Assembly (NCBI GenBank): GCA_964057225.1
Contig: OZ059898.1
Coordinates: 7,874,001 to 7,938,000 of the forward strand
Direction: 5' to 3'
From: Auanema rhodensis
Taxonomy: Eukaryota > Animalia > Nematoda
DNA: 64,000 bases
The notes below the pieces were generated by a model that saw only the letters and a list, made by a program, of their open reading frames with translations, was not told where the DNA came from and ran no database searches. Below, piece by piece: positions 1 through 12,496 of this stretch (the stretch's first letter is position 1; each line of letters opens with the position of its first letter). A program made the translations under genes and the position numbers.

Positions 1-3000
1 TTATCCAGTCGGAATCTTGTAGTTTCTCGATGTCTGCACCTCGGGATCCGATGTCTGCAGTATTGTACGAGGTTTGTACATGATGTAATTCTACATTGCA
101 ACATACTTGTTTGATTTGGTGTAGCTGTTTATTTATAATGTTTGTTTGATTTTTAATGAACAGTGGGAGGGATTTTAGAGAAATAATCCATGATAGCGCG
201 ATGTTGCTATCGCTTACAATGTTGACTTTTGCCACTTTCGGGCATATGGTTACAATAGCTAATGCCATTCGTACTGCTAAGCGGATGGCTAATAATTCTA
301 ATCGAGGAATTGTGGTCTTATTTTTGGGTGCTATGCGGGATTTACCGTTGAGCAGAGAACTAATCTGCTCGTTTGTTTGGAAATATGAACATGCGGCCAT
401 GGCTTGGTTGCTTGCGTCAGCAAAGACCCATAACTGTGTTTTATGTTCAGAGAATTTAAAATATCTTTTCATGGTCAATTGCTGATTGTTAATGTGATTA
501 ATATGTTGTTCCCATTGTTTGATATTATCTGATTCAATGGGTTGGTCCCATGATAATTTTGTGTTTATGATTTCTCGCAAGATAAGTTTGAGAGGTAACA
601 GTAATGGTGCTGCTAATCCAATGGGATCAAATATTGAGTGTAGCTGACTGAGTAGAATTCTCTTGGTGTAACTTGTGTGAGTCGTTGTTATTTTTATTGG
701 GATAATGAAGGAGTCGTGTTCTTTATTAAAAGATATGCCAAGTATTTTGGTTGTCATGTTCGGATATCTGTCTTCTTCAGGAAGGTTCTGTATTACTTGT
801 TCGTCGTTTGACAAGAATTCGCGAACATGCATGTTTATTTCTGTAAATAGTTTTTGGGTTTCTTTACATTTCTTTATAGCTTCTGCTGTTGTATTTGCTG
901 TAAGAATGATATTGTCAACGTATAAGTTGTTCAGTATTTCCATAGCTAATGGGTTGTCTACTTTTGATTCTAAGAACCATTTTATGCCCATGTTCAATAC
1001 GCTGGGGGATGCAGTGATACCGAACGGTAATCTGTTGAATCGAAGGGTTATGATATTATTGTGAGATATTGGGTATTCTTTGTTTTTTATCCAAAAGAAT
1101 TTGCATAGATTTTTGTGATTCTCTGTCAGTTGTATTTGTAAAAATGCGGCTTTGATATCACATGTTATTAATATTGGTCTTGTTCTGCAGGAGATCATGA
1201 TGTCGTGTATATATGTGATAAATGATCGTCCTGTGTGTATTATCTCATTCAACGATGGGCTGTCTTTCTGTTTAGCGGAGGCGTCAAAAACGATTCTGAG
1301 AGGGTTAGCCTTGCTGGGCTTCCAAACCCCATGGTGGGGCATATAAAACTCTAAAGGCTTCTGGTGATTGTTGGGAATTTGTTCGACAATGTTATCTTTG
1401 AGGTAACTTTCAATGGTTGTAGTATAGTGTGAGAGCATTTCTGGATTGTGCAGTAACTTTCGCCATAGGGATACGAATCTATGGTACGCGGGCATTTTGT
1501 TGTTTTTAAGATTTTTGAAGTTATTTTTTAACGGGAACGGTGCAATAATGCGGTTGTTCTCAATTTTTATATCTTTTGAGTATTCTTCATAGTAATCAAT
1601 AGTGCGGTCTGCGTTGGCATTTTCTGTATTGATGCCGATAGAATCCAGTTCAAACAGATTAGTGAGGAGTTCTTTATGAGAGGTTTCTTTTGTTATTTCT
1701 TCTACTGTAGAGCATAATATTACTTTTTGTTGTGTATTATCATCGGGAAGAGGAGCTTCTCCATGTATCATGTGGCCGAATACCGAATTTTTCAATCTCA
1801 TACGTGAGGGGAGTTCGGTTTCTTCGTTTAAATGCATGAACAGTTTGTATCTATCCATACCTATCAGTATATCCGGAGTAAATGATTCTCCGTTTGTTTG
1901 TGGATTGGCTAATTTTATTTTTCTTGTCTTTATAAATTTCAAGTCTTCTTTAGATAGTTTTGGACAACGTATGGGTGTGGTTAACATGGGTTTGGTGAAT
2001 AGTTTTGTTACGATAAGGGATCCACTTGAGGTTCCAATAATTACCTTTACGTCCTGAACTTCGTGCGTTTCGGACAATGCTCCGATACCGTAAAAGGTTT
2101 TCTTTTGAGAACCAAGGATGGGCAATCCTAACTTAGTGGATAAGTCCTTGGATATAAAAGATCTCATGGACCCTTCATCTATGAGCATGCGTACTTGCTC
2201 ATATTTTTTACTATTGTGGTTGTATATGTTCGCCATTGCTGTTCGTAATATTACTTGACTTTCTTCAATATTATGTGTGTCGGCAATGTGATTAAGCGAT
2301 ACTGGTGCATTAAGTGCCTCAGTAGGGATTCGATTATTAGTGTCAGATTCTTGTTTATATTCTGTTGTTTTTTTATTCAATAATTCTTCTGTGGTGATCA
2401 GTAAAGCCTGATCTTTTTTAATTGTGGGAGTTTCTTTATCTTTTTGGATATTTTGCACGTTTTTTCTTCCTTGTGAGCACAAGGAGGAATTATGGTCTCC
2501 TTGGCAATTTCGACATTTTTGTTTTCTGCATTCGGAACTTTTGTGTTTCTCGGAAAAGCAAATCCAACAGATGGCCTTTCCGCGGATGCGGTGTCTTCTT
2601 TTCTCTGGTGTTTCAAATGTGGTGCAATGATAAAAGCGATGTTCGGATGAGTCGCAGAAAACACATGGCCAAGTTTGGGTTTTCCGTTGTTCTACGGAGT
2701 TTTCTTTATGTGCTACAGATGTGACATTCTCTTTGTGATTTCGAAACTTTTGTTCATGACTATTTCTTGTTTGTTCTTTTAGAAAAAAGGAATAGATTTT
2801 GTGGTCTACAGCTGTCAGCATTTCTTTAGTGGAATGGTAGTTGTTTGGATAAATTAGAATGTCTTCCACGATGTGGTATGGGAATTTGTTGAGAATCATC
2901 GCGGTACACATTTCGCGGGATACTGTAGCTCCGGCTGCTTCAATTTTCCTGATAAGTGCCTTGGTTTCCCCAAATGTTTCTTTACATGATTTTGCATTAT

Positions 3001-3823
3001 TGCTTGCAAATCTCAAATTACGTAGTTGTGTTAAAAGAGAGTTGATATCCGACGAATAGTCTCCAAATTCAGAAACTAATGCTTCACGCATGAGTTCATA
3101 ATTTTGAGCAGAGGGTTCTATTCCTCTGATTGCTATTTGTGAATCGCCTTTGAGGCTTTCACAGAGTAGGTTTACCTTTTCTAAGGTTGTAAACTGTTCA
3201 TTATCATGAACAAGTCTATCAAAACGGCCCCAGAATGATTTGAAGTTCTCTGGTTTGCCATCAAATGTAGGTAGCGACATCGCTGGTTTTTGGATGCTAG
3301 TTTGTTGGATGTGTAGGAATGACTTGATAATTTCCAGAAATTGATCATTCGATTTGTTTTCTGTTTCATTGTTTTTTGTTGAGCAATTGCTGTTGTGCTC
3401 AGATTCATTCTTATGAAGCGTTTTTCTCAGCTTTCTAAGTATGCGTTCGGCTTTCATGATGTGTTCGTCAAGCTCAATAATGGCGTTTTGAACCTTTTTA
3501 ATGTTGGGTTCAAAGTCTTCATCGGATGTGAAGGCGATGTACTGTTCGTCTAATGCTTTACGAAGCGTTTTGTCTGATGCTTCGTAAAATTTTTGGAATT
3601 TTTTCTCGTTATCTTGATGATTTTTCAACGATTCTTTGAATTGGTGTTGGACTTTTGTCCAGCGAATGATAAGGCAAGAGAGGGTTTCCTCTTCTTCCTC
3701 AGTGTGGAAGTCGCAATCTACCAGAATACCAGGAAGGTCCTTCACTTCCATCTCGTATCGTGTAAGCAGTTCTCCAAGAAACTGGTTAGATTGTTTGATA
3801 TGATTGACAAAAAGGAGTGACAT
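1..3823 (-). CDS. BEL/Pao Gag-Pol polyprotein (Gag, zinc knuckles, protease, RT, RNase H), 3'-truncated by window edge
   Basis: ATG at 3823. Gag motif LPTFDGKPENFKSFW and RT motif LYVDNI (~911-925) are in the same frame as the ATG; RNase H FADAS motif near 411-425. No stop-terminated ORF is listed in this frame, implying it is open to position 1. Confidence 0.85.
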   Translation of the reverse strand, partial: MSLLFVNHIKQSNQFLGELLTRYEMEVKDLPGILVDCDFHTEEEEETLSCLIIRWTKVQHQFKESLKNHQDNEKKFQKFYEASDKTLRKALDEQYIAFTSDEDFEPNIKKVQNAIIELDEHIMKAERILRKLRKTLHKNESEHNSNCSTKNNETENKSNDQFLEIIKSFLHIQQTSIQKPAMSLPTFDGKPENFKSFWGRFDRLVHDNEQFTTLEKVNLLCESLKGDSQIAIRGIEPSAQNYELMREALVSEFGDYSSDINSLLTQLRNLRFASNNAKSCKETFGETKALIRKIEAAGATVSREMCTAMILNKFPYHIVEDILIYPNNYHSTKEMLTAVDHKIYSFFLKEQTRNSHEQKFRNHKENVTSVAHKENSVEQRKTQTWPCVFCDSSEHRFYHCTTFETPEKRRHRIRGKAICWICFSEKHKSSECRKQKCRNCQGDHNSSLCSQGRKNVQNIQKDKETPTIKKDQALLITTEELLNKKTTEYKQESDTNNRIPTEALNAPVSLNHIADTHNIEESQVILRTAMANIYNHNSKKYEQVRMLIDEGSMRSFISKDLSTKLGLPILGSQKKTFYGIGALSETHEVQDVKVIIGTSSGSLIVTKLFTKPMLTTPIRCPKLSKEDLKFIKTRKIKLANPQTNGESFTPDILIGMDRYKLFMHLNEETELPSRMRLKNSVFGHMIHGEAPLPDDNTQQKVILCSTVEEITKETSHKELLTNLFELDSIGINTENANADRTIDYYEEYSKDIKIENNRIIAPFPLKNNFKNLKNNKMPAYHRFVSLWRKLLHNPEMLSHYTTTIESYLKDNIVEQIPNNHQKPLEFYMPHHGVWKPSKANPLRIVFDASAKQKDSPSLNEIIHTGRSFITYIHDIMISCRTRPILITCDIKAAFLQIQLTENHKNLCKFFWIKNKEYPISHNNIITLRFNRLPFGITASPSVLNMGIKWFLESKVDNPLAMEILNNLYVDNIILTANTTAEAIKKCKETQKLFTEINMHVREFLSNDEQVIQNLPEEDRYPNMTTKILGISFNKEHDSFIIPIKITTTHTSYTKRILLSQLHSIFDPIGLAAPLLLPLKLILREIINTKLSWDQPIESDNIKQWEQHINHINNQQLTMKRYFKFSEHKTQLWVFADASNQAMAACSYFQTNEQISSLLNGKSRIAPKNKTTIPRLELLAIRLAVRMALAIVTICPKVAKVNIVSDSNIALSWIISLKSLPLFIKNQTNIINKQLHQIKQVCCNVELHHVQTSYNTADIGSRGADIEKLQDSDWI

Positions 3824-4361
3824 TTTTGTTGTAGATGTAGGAATAATGCTTATATTCCTTTTTTGTTTTCTTTTTTCTTTGTTTGTTTGGTGATCACAGT
3901 ATATGTGAACGTAAGGAAATTGAAACCTCTGTTTCTAATTTCAGAGTTTGCTTATTGTTCAAGTCTGTTTGGTGTGACTTGACGTGGACTTATGATCGCC
4001 ACGATTTTTATTAAGTATGTTTTTTGCACAAACACGCTTGGTTCGACTTGTATCTCACCTGCCACGCGGGACTTAAAGCGGCTAAGATCTAAACTAGCCG
4101 ATGCACCAATTTGTGGCGATATACCACAAGTGTATAGTATAGTTGGAAGTAAAACACAAAGCGAATATGTAGAAAAGGGTTTATTGATGAATTAACAAGA
4201 CAAGCACGGAATAAAATCACTGACTGCGAACGTTGAAAATGTAAGACTGATCTCTTCTCGTGGGCGGTCGTCAGCCTGAAACAAAGAGTTAGTCATGCCA
4301 CATGTATAACACAACATGTGGTATGGATAAAAATTACTTAGGAAGTTAGAAGAAAGAAGAA

Positions 4362-4405
<44 letters not shown>

Positions 4406-4470
4406 AGGAGAAACAAATAAAACAATTGTTGAAGATAAAATTTATACAAACTCACTCGCTTATCGCGACA
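1..4470 (-). mobile_element. BEL/Pao LTR retrotransposon (element E), 5' part; runs off the window start
   Basis: Minus strand begins TGTCGCG at 4470 directly against 5S spacer sequence (4471 TCAGTCGATAAC). LTR ~4003-4470 contains a (GA)n tract. PBS-like TGGCGATCA at ~3994-4002, followed by gag-pol. Confidence 0.9.
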
Positions 4471-4753
4471 TCAGTCGATAACTGATTCCTTGCACCTCCA
4501 GTAACACCGTGGTATATGAGGTTCTGTAGATATGCTCGTACATCGGGGTCGTTAAGAATGTCAAAGAAGCGAGAGTATCTCGGAGACAACTTCTCAGAGA
4601 AAGTTGGTCGAGATGGTCACAGAAGCTTTCTGTACCGTGCTAAGCACGACTCCACAACTCCTCAATAACTTCGCCTTGCTATGGCGACCAAGATAAGCAA
4701 GCTTCAAAGTCAAAAAAGGAATGTTAAATTCAAATTTAATTAGGAAAATAAAA

Positions 4754-4872
4754 AGCTTACGGCACCCGGGATTCCCAAGCCGTCTCCGATCCAAGTACTA
4801 ACCGGGCCCAACGTTGCTTGACTTGCCAGATCGGACGGGATGGCGTACTTTCAACGTGGTATGGTCGTAAGC
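4754..4872 (-). rRNA. 5S rRNA
   Basis: 119 nt GCTTACGACCATACCACGTTGAAAG...GGGAATCCCGGGTGCCGTAAGCT followed by an oligo-T Pol III terminator; closely resembles C. elegans 5S. Confidence 0.97.
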
Positions 4873-5229
4873 GATGCTATTCCTCTATTAGTGTATCTAG
4901 TATCTACCACCATGCCATGGCTGTGCAACAGCTCTTATCTTTCATCAGTCGATAACTGATTTCCTGCACCTCCGGTAACAACGTCGTATATGAGGTTCTG
5001 TAGATATCCTCGTACATCGGGGTCGTTAAAAATGTCAAAGAAGCGAGAGTATCTCTGAGACAACTTCTCAGAGAAAGATGGTCGAGATGTTCACAGAAGC
5101 TTTCTGTTCCGAGGCTGACCACGACTCCTGAACTCCTCAATAAGTTCACCTTGCTCTGACGACCAAGATCAGCATGCATCAAAGTCAAAAAAGGAATGTT
5201 AAATTCAAATTTAATTAGGAAAAACAAAA

Positions 5230-5336
5230 AGCTTACGGCACCCGGGATTCCCAAGCCGTCTCCGATCGGGCCCAACGTTGCTTGACTTGCCAGATCGGAC
5301 GGGATGGCGTACTTTCAACGTGGTATGGTCGTAAGC
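5230..5336 (-). pseudogene. 5S rRNA variant with 12-bp internal deletion
   Basis: GGGCCCG joined to ATCGGAG; lacks GTTAGTACTTGG (+71..+82). Confidence 0.9.
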
Positions 5337-5693
5337 GATGCTATTCCTCTATTAGTGTATCTAGTATCTACCACCATGCCATGGCTGTGCAACAGCTCTT
5401 ATCTTTCATCAGTCGATAACTGATTCCCTGCACCTCCGGTAACAACGTCGTATATGAGGTTCTGTAGATATCCTCGTACATCGGGGTCGTTAAAAATGTC
5501 AAAGAAGCGAGAGTATCTCGGAGACAACTTCTCAGAGAAAGATGGTCGAGATGTTCACAGAAGCTTTCTGTTCCGAGGCTGACCACGACTCCTCAACTCC
5601 TCAATAAGTTCACCTTGCTCTGACGACCAAGATCAGCATGCATCAAAGTCAAAAAAGGAATGTTAAATTCAAATTTAATTAGGAAAAACAAAA

Positions 5694-5812
5694 AGCTTAC
5701 GGCACCCGGGATTCCCAAGCCGTCTCCGATCCAAGTACTAACCGGGCCCAACGTTGCTTGACTTGCCAGATCGGACGGGATGGCGTACTTTCAACGTGGT
5801 ATGGTCGTAAGC
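5694..5812 (-). rRNA. 5S rRNA
   Basis: Full-length 119-nt copy. Confidence 0.97.
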
Positions 5813-6168
5813 GATGCTCTTCCTCTATTAGTGTATCTAGTATCTACCACCATGCCATGGCTGTGCAACAGCTCTTATCTTTCATCAGTCGATAACTGAT
5901 TCCCTGCACCTCCGGTAACAACGTCGTATATGAGGTTCTGTAGATATCCTCGTACATCGGGGTCGTTAAAAATGTCAAAGAAGCGAGAGTATCTCGGAGA
6001 CAACTTCTCAGAGAAAGATGGTCGAGATGTTCACAGAAGCTTTCTGTTCCGAGGCTGACCACGACTCCTCAACTCCTCAATAACTTCGCCTTGCTATGGC
6101 GACCAAGATAAGCAAGCTTCAAAGTCAAAAAAGGAATGTTAAATTCAAATTTAATTAGGAAAATAAAA

Positions 6169-6275
6169 AGCTTACGGCACCCGGGATTCCCAAGCCGTCT
6201 CCGATCGGGCCCAACGTTGCTTGACTTGCCAGATCGGACGGGATGGCGTACTTTCAACGTGGTATGGTCGTAAGC
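6169..6275 (-). pseudogene. 5S rRNA variant with 12-bp internal deletion
   Basis: Same deletion as 5230-5336. Confidence 0.9.
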
Positions 6276-6630
6276 GATGCTATTCCTCTATTAGTGTATC
6301 TAGTACCTACCACCATGCTACGGCTGTGCAACAGCTCTTATCGTTCATCAGTCGATAACTGATTCCTTGCACCTCCAGTAACACCGTGGTATATGAGGTT
6401 CTGTAGATATGCTCGTACATCGGGGTCGTTAAGAATGTCAAAGAAGCGAGAGTATCTCGAAGACAACTTCTCAGAGAAAGATGGTCGAGATGGTCACAGA
6501 AGCTTTCTGTACCGTGCTAAGCACGACTCCTCAACTCCTCAATAACTTCGCCTTGCTATGGCGACCAAGATAAGCAAGCTTCAAAGTCAAAAAAGGAATG
6601 TTAAATTCAAATTTAATTAGGAAAATAAAA

Positions 6631-6749
6631 AGCTTACGGCACCCGGGATTCCCAAGCCGTCTCCGATCCAAGTACTAACCGGGCCCAACGTTGCTTGACT
6701 TGCCAGATCGGACGGGATGGCGTACTTTCAACGTGGTATGGTCGTAAGC
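6631..6749 (-). rRNA. 5S rRNA
   Basis: Full-length 119-nt copy. Confidence 0.97.
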
Positions 6750-7104
6750 GATGCTATTCCTCTATTAGTGTATCTAGTACCTACCACCATGCTACGGCTG
6801 TGCAACAGCTCTTATCGTTCAACACTCGATAACTGATTCCTTGCACCTCCAGTAACACCGTGGTATATGAGGTTCTGTAGATATACTCGTACATCGGGGT
6901 CGTTAAGAATGTCAAAGAAGCGAGAGTATCTCGAAGACAACTTCTCAGAGAAAGATGGTCGAGATGGTCACAGAAGCTTTCTGTACCGTGCTAAGCACGA
7001 CTCCTCAACTCCTCAATAACTTCGCCTTGCTATGGCGACCAAGATAACAAGCTTCAAAGTCAAAAAAGGAATGTTAAATTCAAATTTAATTAGGAAAAAC
7101 AAAA

Positions 7105-7223
7105 AGCTTACGGCACCCGGGATTCCCAAGCCGTCTCCGATCCAAGTACTAACCGGGCCCAACGTTGCTTGACTTGCCAGATCGGACGGGATGGCGTACT
7201 TTCAACGTGGTATGGTCGTAAGC
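7105..7223 (-). rRNA. 5S rRNA
   Basis: Full-length 119-nt copy; Gypsy element A inserted at -49..-52. Confidence 0.97.
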
Positions 7224-7283
7224 GATGCTATTCCTCTATTAGTGTATCTAGTACCTACCACCATGCTACGGCTGTTGTTACAT

Positions 7284-7696
7284 CGTTCCATGTTGGTTCC
7301 CCAGGGTTCCGGCTGGGTAACCACATGGAATTACTTTCTTTTCTTCCAAATATAAATGATAAAGAGCATAGAGAGAAAGGTTTATTTATGATAAAGTATA
7401 CAAATTACAATAATAAAAGTTACATAATGATTCCTAGTCGCAGCCCAAAGGACTCGTAAGGAAACCTTATATAGTATTCCTTACGAGCATAAAAAGTGGT
7501 TATATCAGGTCCGCGGAACTTGGTTCCGCTTGAATTGGGCTTTCTTTAATTAAACTTAATATGAAAAAATGTTCGTTCATTGTTGCATTGAATTCCTGTT
7601 TCTCAAATGTAGCGTCAGCTATTTGTTTTTATAATGTTCCGTTTTATAAGCGATTGACAATGTCAATCGCTCTACTTATAGGACACGTATGGAACA
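7284..7696 (-). mobile_element. Solo LTR of Gypsy family B, nested in the 5' LTR of element A
   Basis: 413 bp, near-identical reverse complement of 37040-37452; TSD ACAT (7280-7283 / 7697-7700). Confidence 0.93.
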
Positions 7697-8120
7697 ACAT
7701 ACATATCTCAAAGGAAAGCAGCTGACCATGGCAGCTGCTATTATAAAACTAATACAGATAGTTTTTAAGCAATTCTGAGATTATTCTAGATGCACTTTTT
7801 ATAAGCTTTGTAACATTTTGTGTAAACTGAGTAGGAGTTGTATGGATATATAAACCTGAGTCCTCAAGACTCAGGCATCTCATTATCTCATTATCTTATT
7901 TTCTCTTTATCTCATCATCATCTCTTTATATTCTCTTTCCTAACTCTAGCTTAAATCTTTGTATAAATTACTTTATAATGCGAACAATAAACCTTTATAT
8001 ATTTCATCTCTTGTTTCTTATTTCACCTTACATTACACACTTATATTTAAAATCATACTCATCTTCTCATAGTCTGTTTGGATCTCTCAACTTGGAACCA
8101 TTGAGAATCTAAATGGAACG

Positions 8121-8138
8121 TGGAGGTTCCACCGAGAT
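8121..8138 (+). promoter_or_regulatory. Primer binding site, tRNA-Gln
   Basis: TGGAGGTTCCACCGAGAT is complementary to the 3' 18 nt of metazoan tRNA-Gln (...ATCTCGGTGGAACCTCCA). Same sequence at 37453-37470. Confidence 0.88.
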
Positions 8139-9566
8139 CCTTCCTTTTGGACAGGATCTCGTAAAGGAACTCAAGCGCTACCGTCTACAACTGTTATTCA
8201 ATTAAAAATCTTATCTCTCTCTTAAATGTAAGCTCATAATATTTTCTCTTAAAAAAAAACTCTAAAACTTTTCTATTAAAAATTATATCCAAAAACTCTT
8301 TACAAAAACTCAGTTTTCTATTCATTATATTCTCATGAATCATTTTCAGTTATTCATAAGAGTACCTATATCATTCTCTCTATCCAAAATCCTATATACG
8401 AAAATTATTCAAATTCAATAAATAACTTTTCGAAGAATTATAAGTTTATTTTCACATTTTTGAACGAAAATAGTTAATTTCTTTATTTTAGAATTAAGAA
8501 ATAAAAAGGGAAATTGCTTCTATACCTTTCAATCTTACTCATCTTATCATATTATCTCAACCTTCATCTTATCATACTATCTTAATCATCCTATCATACC
8601 ATATTTTCATTATTTTCTTTATGTTCGTTTATAAAACTATTATTCTTATACTACTACACTGTATTCTCATAAACCCACCTCTCCCCCCCCCCCCTAATTT
8701 CATAAGCAAGAAATCCCGTATTAAACACGGCAGTAAAAATATTTATTAGGCGCAGCGTATCCAAATTCCGATTACCTTAGCACCTGAAAAAACGAAAAAT
8801 AATTAAATTAATCAATAAGTTTTAACTCATACGCAAAAACCATCCCCCCTCATTAAGAATAATGCCAGACACTCAAGAGACTCGAGCGGAGGCCGACACT
8901 CAGGATAAGACGTACGCCCCATAAAATAATTAGAGAATTTTTGAATTGAAATCTGCCCCACATTGATATAAATAATAAGAGTGGTCTCGCCATCATAGAG
9001 TCAGGGAGCAGGATGCAGAAGGCAGCTGACATACTTGTGACTCAGATAGGTTAATGAGGTCTGGGAAAATGAAATGATTGCGAAAAATTCTATTTTGTAT
9101 CCTTGTCCCAAAAGACTGGCAAACTATTAACTTTCATTTCATGCCTTTTTCACAATATAGAACTTGTCCCTTCGAAAAGGCACACTAGTTTCAAACCTGT
9201 GTTAGACCCGGACGAGCTATATTGGTAAAGAGATTACTTGCAAGACTAGCTACCTTCATGAAGAGTCGCGCACACAAACCCAACATTATTCTTTACGTTT
9301 TTCTATATATAAAATTATTTTGGCACACGTTGGATATAACAAATTTCCTTACAGGATACCAACGGTGCTGCCCAATACTGGTCCAAAACCTCCGCTGGAC
9401 CCTGCTGCCACTTCAAATATTATAAGAAGAAAAAGGCAACCGCCCGCAACATATTCTCCCCCCTCTGCAAAACAAGCGAAGTTAAGCATTAAAACAAAGT
9501 CAATGGTAATACATACCCCAGGACATCGCGGCATTCAAAAACAATTCACCAATCCCAGAGAAATGC

Positions 9567-12293
9567 GCATTCGCAAGAAAGGAAGTAAAATTTCTAGGAT
9601 ACATAGTTGGACAAGAAGGAATTAAACCGGACCCACATAAAATCAAGGCAATACAAGATTATCCCCAACCAAAATCAACAACAGGAGTAAGAGCTTTCAT
9701 GGGAGCAGTAAACTACTTCAGAAGGTTCATAAAGAATGCTGCAGGAATAGCAACACCACTCTACAACCTCACTCGGAAAGACACTCCGTTCAAATGAACA
9801 GAAGAAGAAGAAATTGCTTTTAATACTTTGAAGAGAACATTAACTCAAGCACCTGTGTTACAAGCACCAATCCCGAAGCGACCATATGTTATTGAAAGTG
9901 ATGTAAGTATGATAGCAGTTGGCGCTATACTACTTCAAGCGAAAGACGATCAAGAACCATTACATCCAATAGCTTTTGCTAGTCGGAAACTCAACAAAGC
10001 TGAAAGGAATTATCCACCAATAGAAGTAGAAGCATTAGCTCTTACATTCGCCGTCAAACAATTTCGCACCTACATACTAGGAACAGCAACCAAAATTTCA
10101 CGGACCATAGACCACTCACTAGTTTAATGACTAGAAAGGATTTAATAGGTCGTTTAGCAACATTTCAAATTGTTTTACAAGAATACGATATTGAAATTAT
10201 CTACAGACCAGGAAAATTAAACTGTATGTAAAAAAAATTGTATGTGACGCATTATCACGATATTTGGAAGATGAAATCAACGAAGCAAAACCACCAGCAA
10301 AGAAGAAAAACGAAAGAAAAACGACGGAAGATACTATTCATCAGATAAACACCTTCACGATAGCAGATATTCGATCAGTTCAGAATCAATCAAATTGGAT
10401 AAAAGAAACTATGGATAAAATAAAGAATAATACAGCTGGACGACAACTGACGGACAGATATATTGTGTACAACGATGTACTATACTCAAAACCAAAAACA
10501 GGCCTACAAGTACCACGAACAATTTTACCACGAGAAGAACACATAATTAATCCAATTATGAAGAAATTTCATGAAGATCCGACACTCGGAGCTCATCTAG
10601 GAATAAACAAAACAATGGACTCAATATCAAGACGATTTACATGGACTGGAATGCAAGAAGACATTACAAACTACATCAACAGATGTCTTGCTTGTGCGAA
10701 AAGATAGAACAACCCTCACGAAGCAACGGTGGAACCAATGAAAAATTTTCCAACATCAACAAAACCATGTCAAAGAGTACACATGGATATACTCGGACAT
10801 TGCCTAGGACAGAACAAGAAAACAGATATGTTCTTTCAATCCAAGATTCTTTTTCAAAATGGATAATCGCAATTCCGCTAATCAGACAAACATCAGGAGA
10901 AATTATATCGGCTATCGAAAAATATCTCTTCTATGTTTTTGGACCACCTGTCACTATCATCACAGACAATGGATCTAATGTTATTTCAAACGATTTCACC
11001 ACTATGTGCAGTAATTTTGTAACTACACACCCCACTACTATGCCGTATTACAAAAACGCTAACGGACAAGTAGAAAGATTACATCGGACGATCGAAGAAG
11101 CATTAACAGCCTACGTTAATGACGAACAAAACGATTGGGATAAGATACTTCCGAAGATTATTTTTACACTCAACATATTACCAAACGCCACCACTAAAAC
11201 ATCACCATACGAATGTTTGTTTGGACAAGTAGCACGTCTACCCATTGACAAAAACTTGGAAACACCGGAAGAACAAAATATCACGGATCAGCTCAAAAAC
11301 TTGAGAGATATTCAAGAAAAAGTCAAGGAAAAGATTGCCACCGATGAAGAAAGAATGAAGCAGAAATACGATCAAGCACATAGGACAAAAGAAAGAATAT
11401 TAGATATAGGAGATCGAGTATTTGTACAAAGAGCGAACCCAAGCAACAAATTACAAATACGAAGAGATGGACCTTACTGGATAGTGACAATTGAAGGAAA
11501 CAACATCAGCATAACGGATCAAGATGGAAATATTATAAAAGCTCACAAAAATAACATACGTTATTTTCCACCAGACGATAATCTTATATCAACAAGAAAT
11601 AATGAAGAAGAGGAAGAAGAAGACCAAGACATAGCAAACGAAGAAGAAGAAGAAGAAGAAGAAGAAGAAGAAGCAAGTTGGAATAATCTGGATGTATGGG
11701 AACAAACCAATAATACGGAAAATAACAACAACTGTTACCCAACAGGCAGTCCAGATACTCTCGCGCAACTGTTACCTATCACTGGGAATAACAGAGGAGT
11801 AAACGAAGAAGAAATTGAACATAATTCAGAAAAACCTGACGACCTTGCTATAGCAAGAGGAATAACAAATTCTAATATACAATTAGAAGATGAATCAACA
11901 ACAATCGACAGAATTCAAGAAGACCTCAGACAGCTGACACCTTTCTCTCAAGAAGAAGGTTCTAATCAAAACGATATAGAAGATAATAACGCAAAAACAT
12001 ACGAAAAGCTACGAGATCAATTCAAGAATGAAAACAGAAAGGAACTATTTGAGGACAGAAACAAAAACTCACCAACAATCAGAAATTGGAACACTACACT
12101 TGCCGCAGCACTAGGAATAGGAAATGAAAACTCACACCCGTATCATGTTAAACTACAACCCAAAAGAAAAACACAAGACGAAGAAATCAGGAATAATGGA
12201 GAATTGGAACTACATGGAAAAGCGGATCAAAGCAAAAAGCAGCAGAATAAATCTCCAACGCAAAACAAAGGAGAACAAGTACGAAACTTTTAA
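9567..12293 (+). pseudogene. Gypsy pol remnant: RT C-terminus, RNase H, integrase with long acidic C-terminal tail
   Basis: FLGYIV..GIKPDP, RAFMGAVNYFRRFIK, ESDVSMIAVGAILLQ, IAFASRKL, HLGINKT, ITDNGS, NGQVERLHRTI, GPY motif; frameshifts and a stop; gag/PR/RT N-terminus absent. Confidence 0.9.
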
Positions 12294-12496
12294 TTAACTA
12301 ACAAAAATCGTAGAATTGTAAAAATAATTTTTCTTTCTTTCGTATAGTACATTAAACATAAGACATAGATCAAAAACCACCGAAATTCTAATTTCTATCC
12401 TTTAATTTTAACAAATTGTAACAATCACTGCAAAAACAAACTATATAAAGAGAAAAATTTTGATAGCGAAAAATTCAAAAACACTTTTTACTCAAA

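Larger units (their letters stand above)
4471..7275 (-). repeat. 5S rDNA tandem array, left arm, six units of ~464-476 bp
   Basis: Near-identical units; 5S genes at 4754-4872, 5230-5336 (12-bp deletion), 5694-5812, 6169-6275 (12-bp deletion), 6631-6749, 7105-7223. Confidence 0.97.

Noticed and set aside
156-3820. Short plus-strand ORFs over element E, and minus-strand ORFs over element D
   Set aside because: Antisense shadows of long gag-pol frames.
4365-4402. (GA)n tract and the SLSLSL ORF 4192-4455
   Set aside because: Microsatellite within an LTR; ORF is an artefact.
4873-5229. SL1 spliced-leader RNA gene in the 5S spacer, as in C. elegans
   Set aside because: GGTTTAATTACCCAAGTTTGAG is absent on both strands; only a TTTAATTA fragment occurs.
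4471-7275. CRISPR-like repeat-spacer array
   Set aside because: Spacers are near-identical and the repeat is eukaryotic 5S rRNA; no cas genes.
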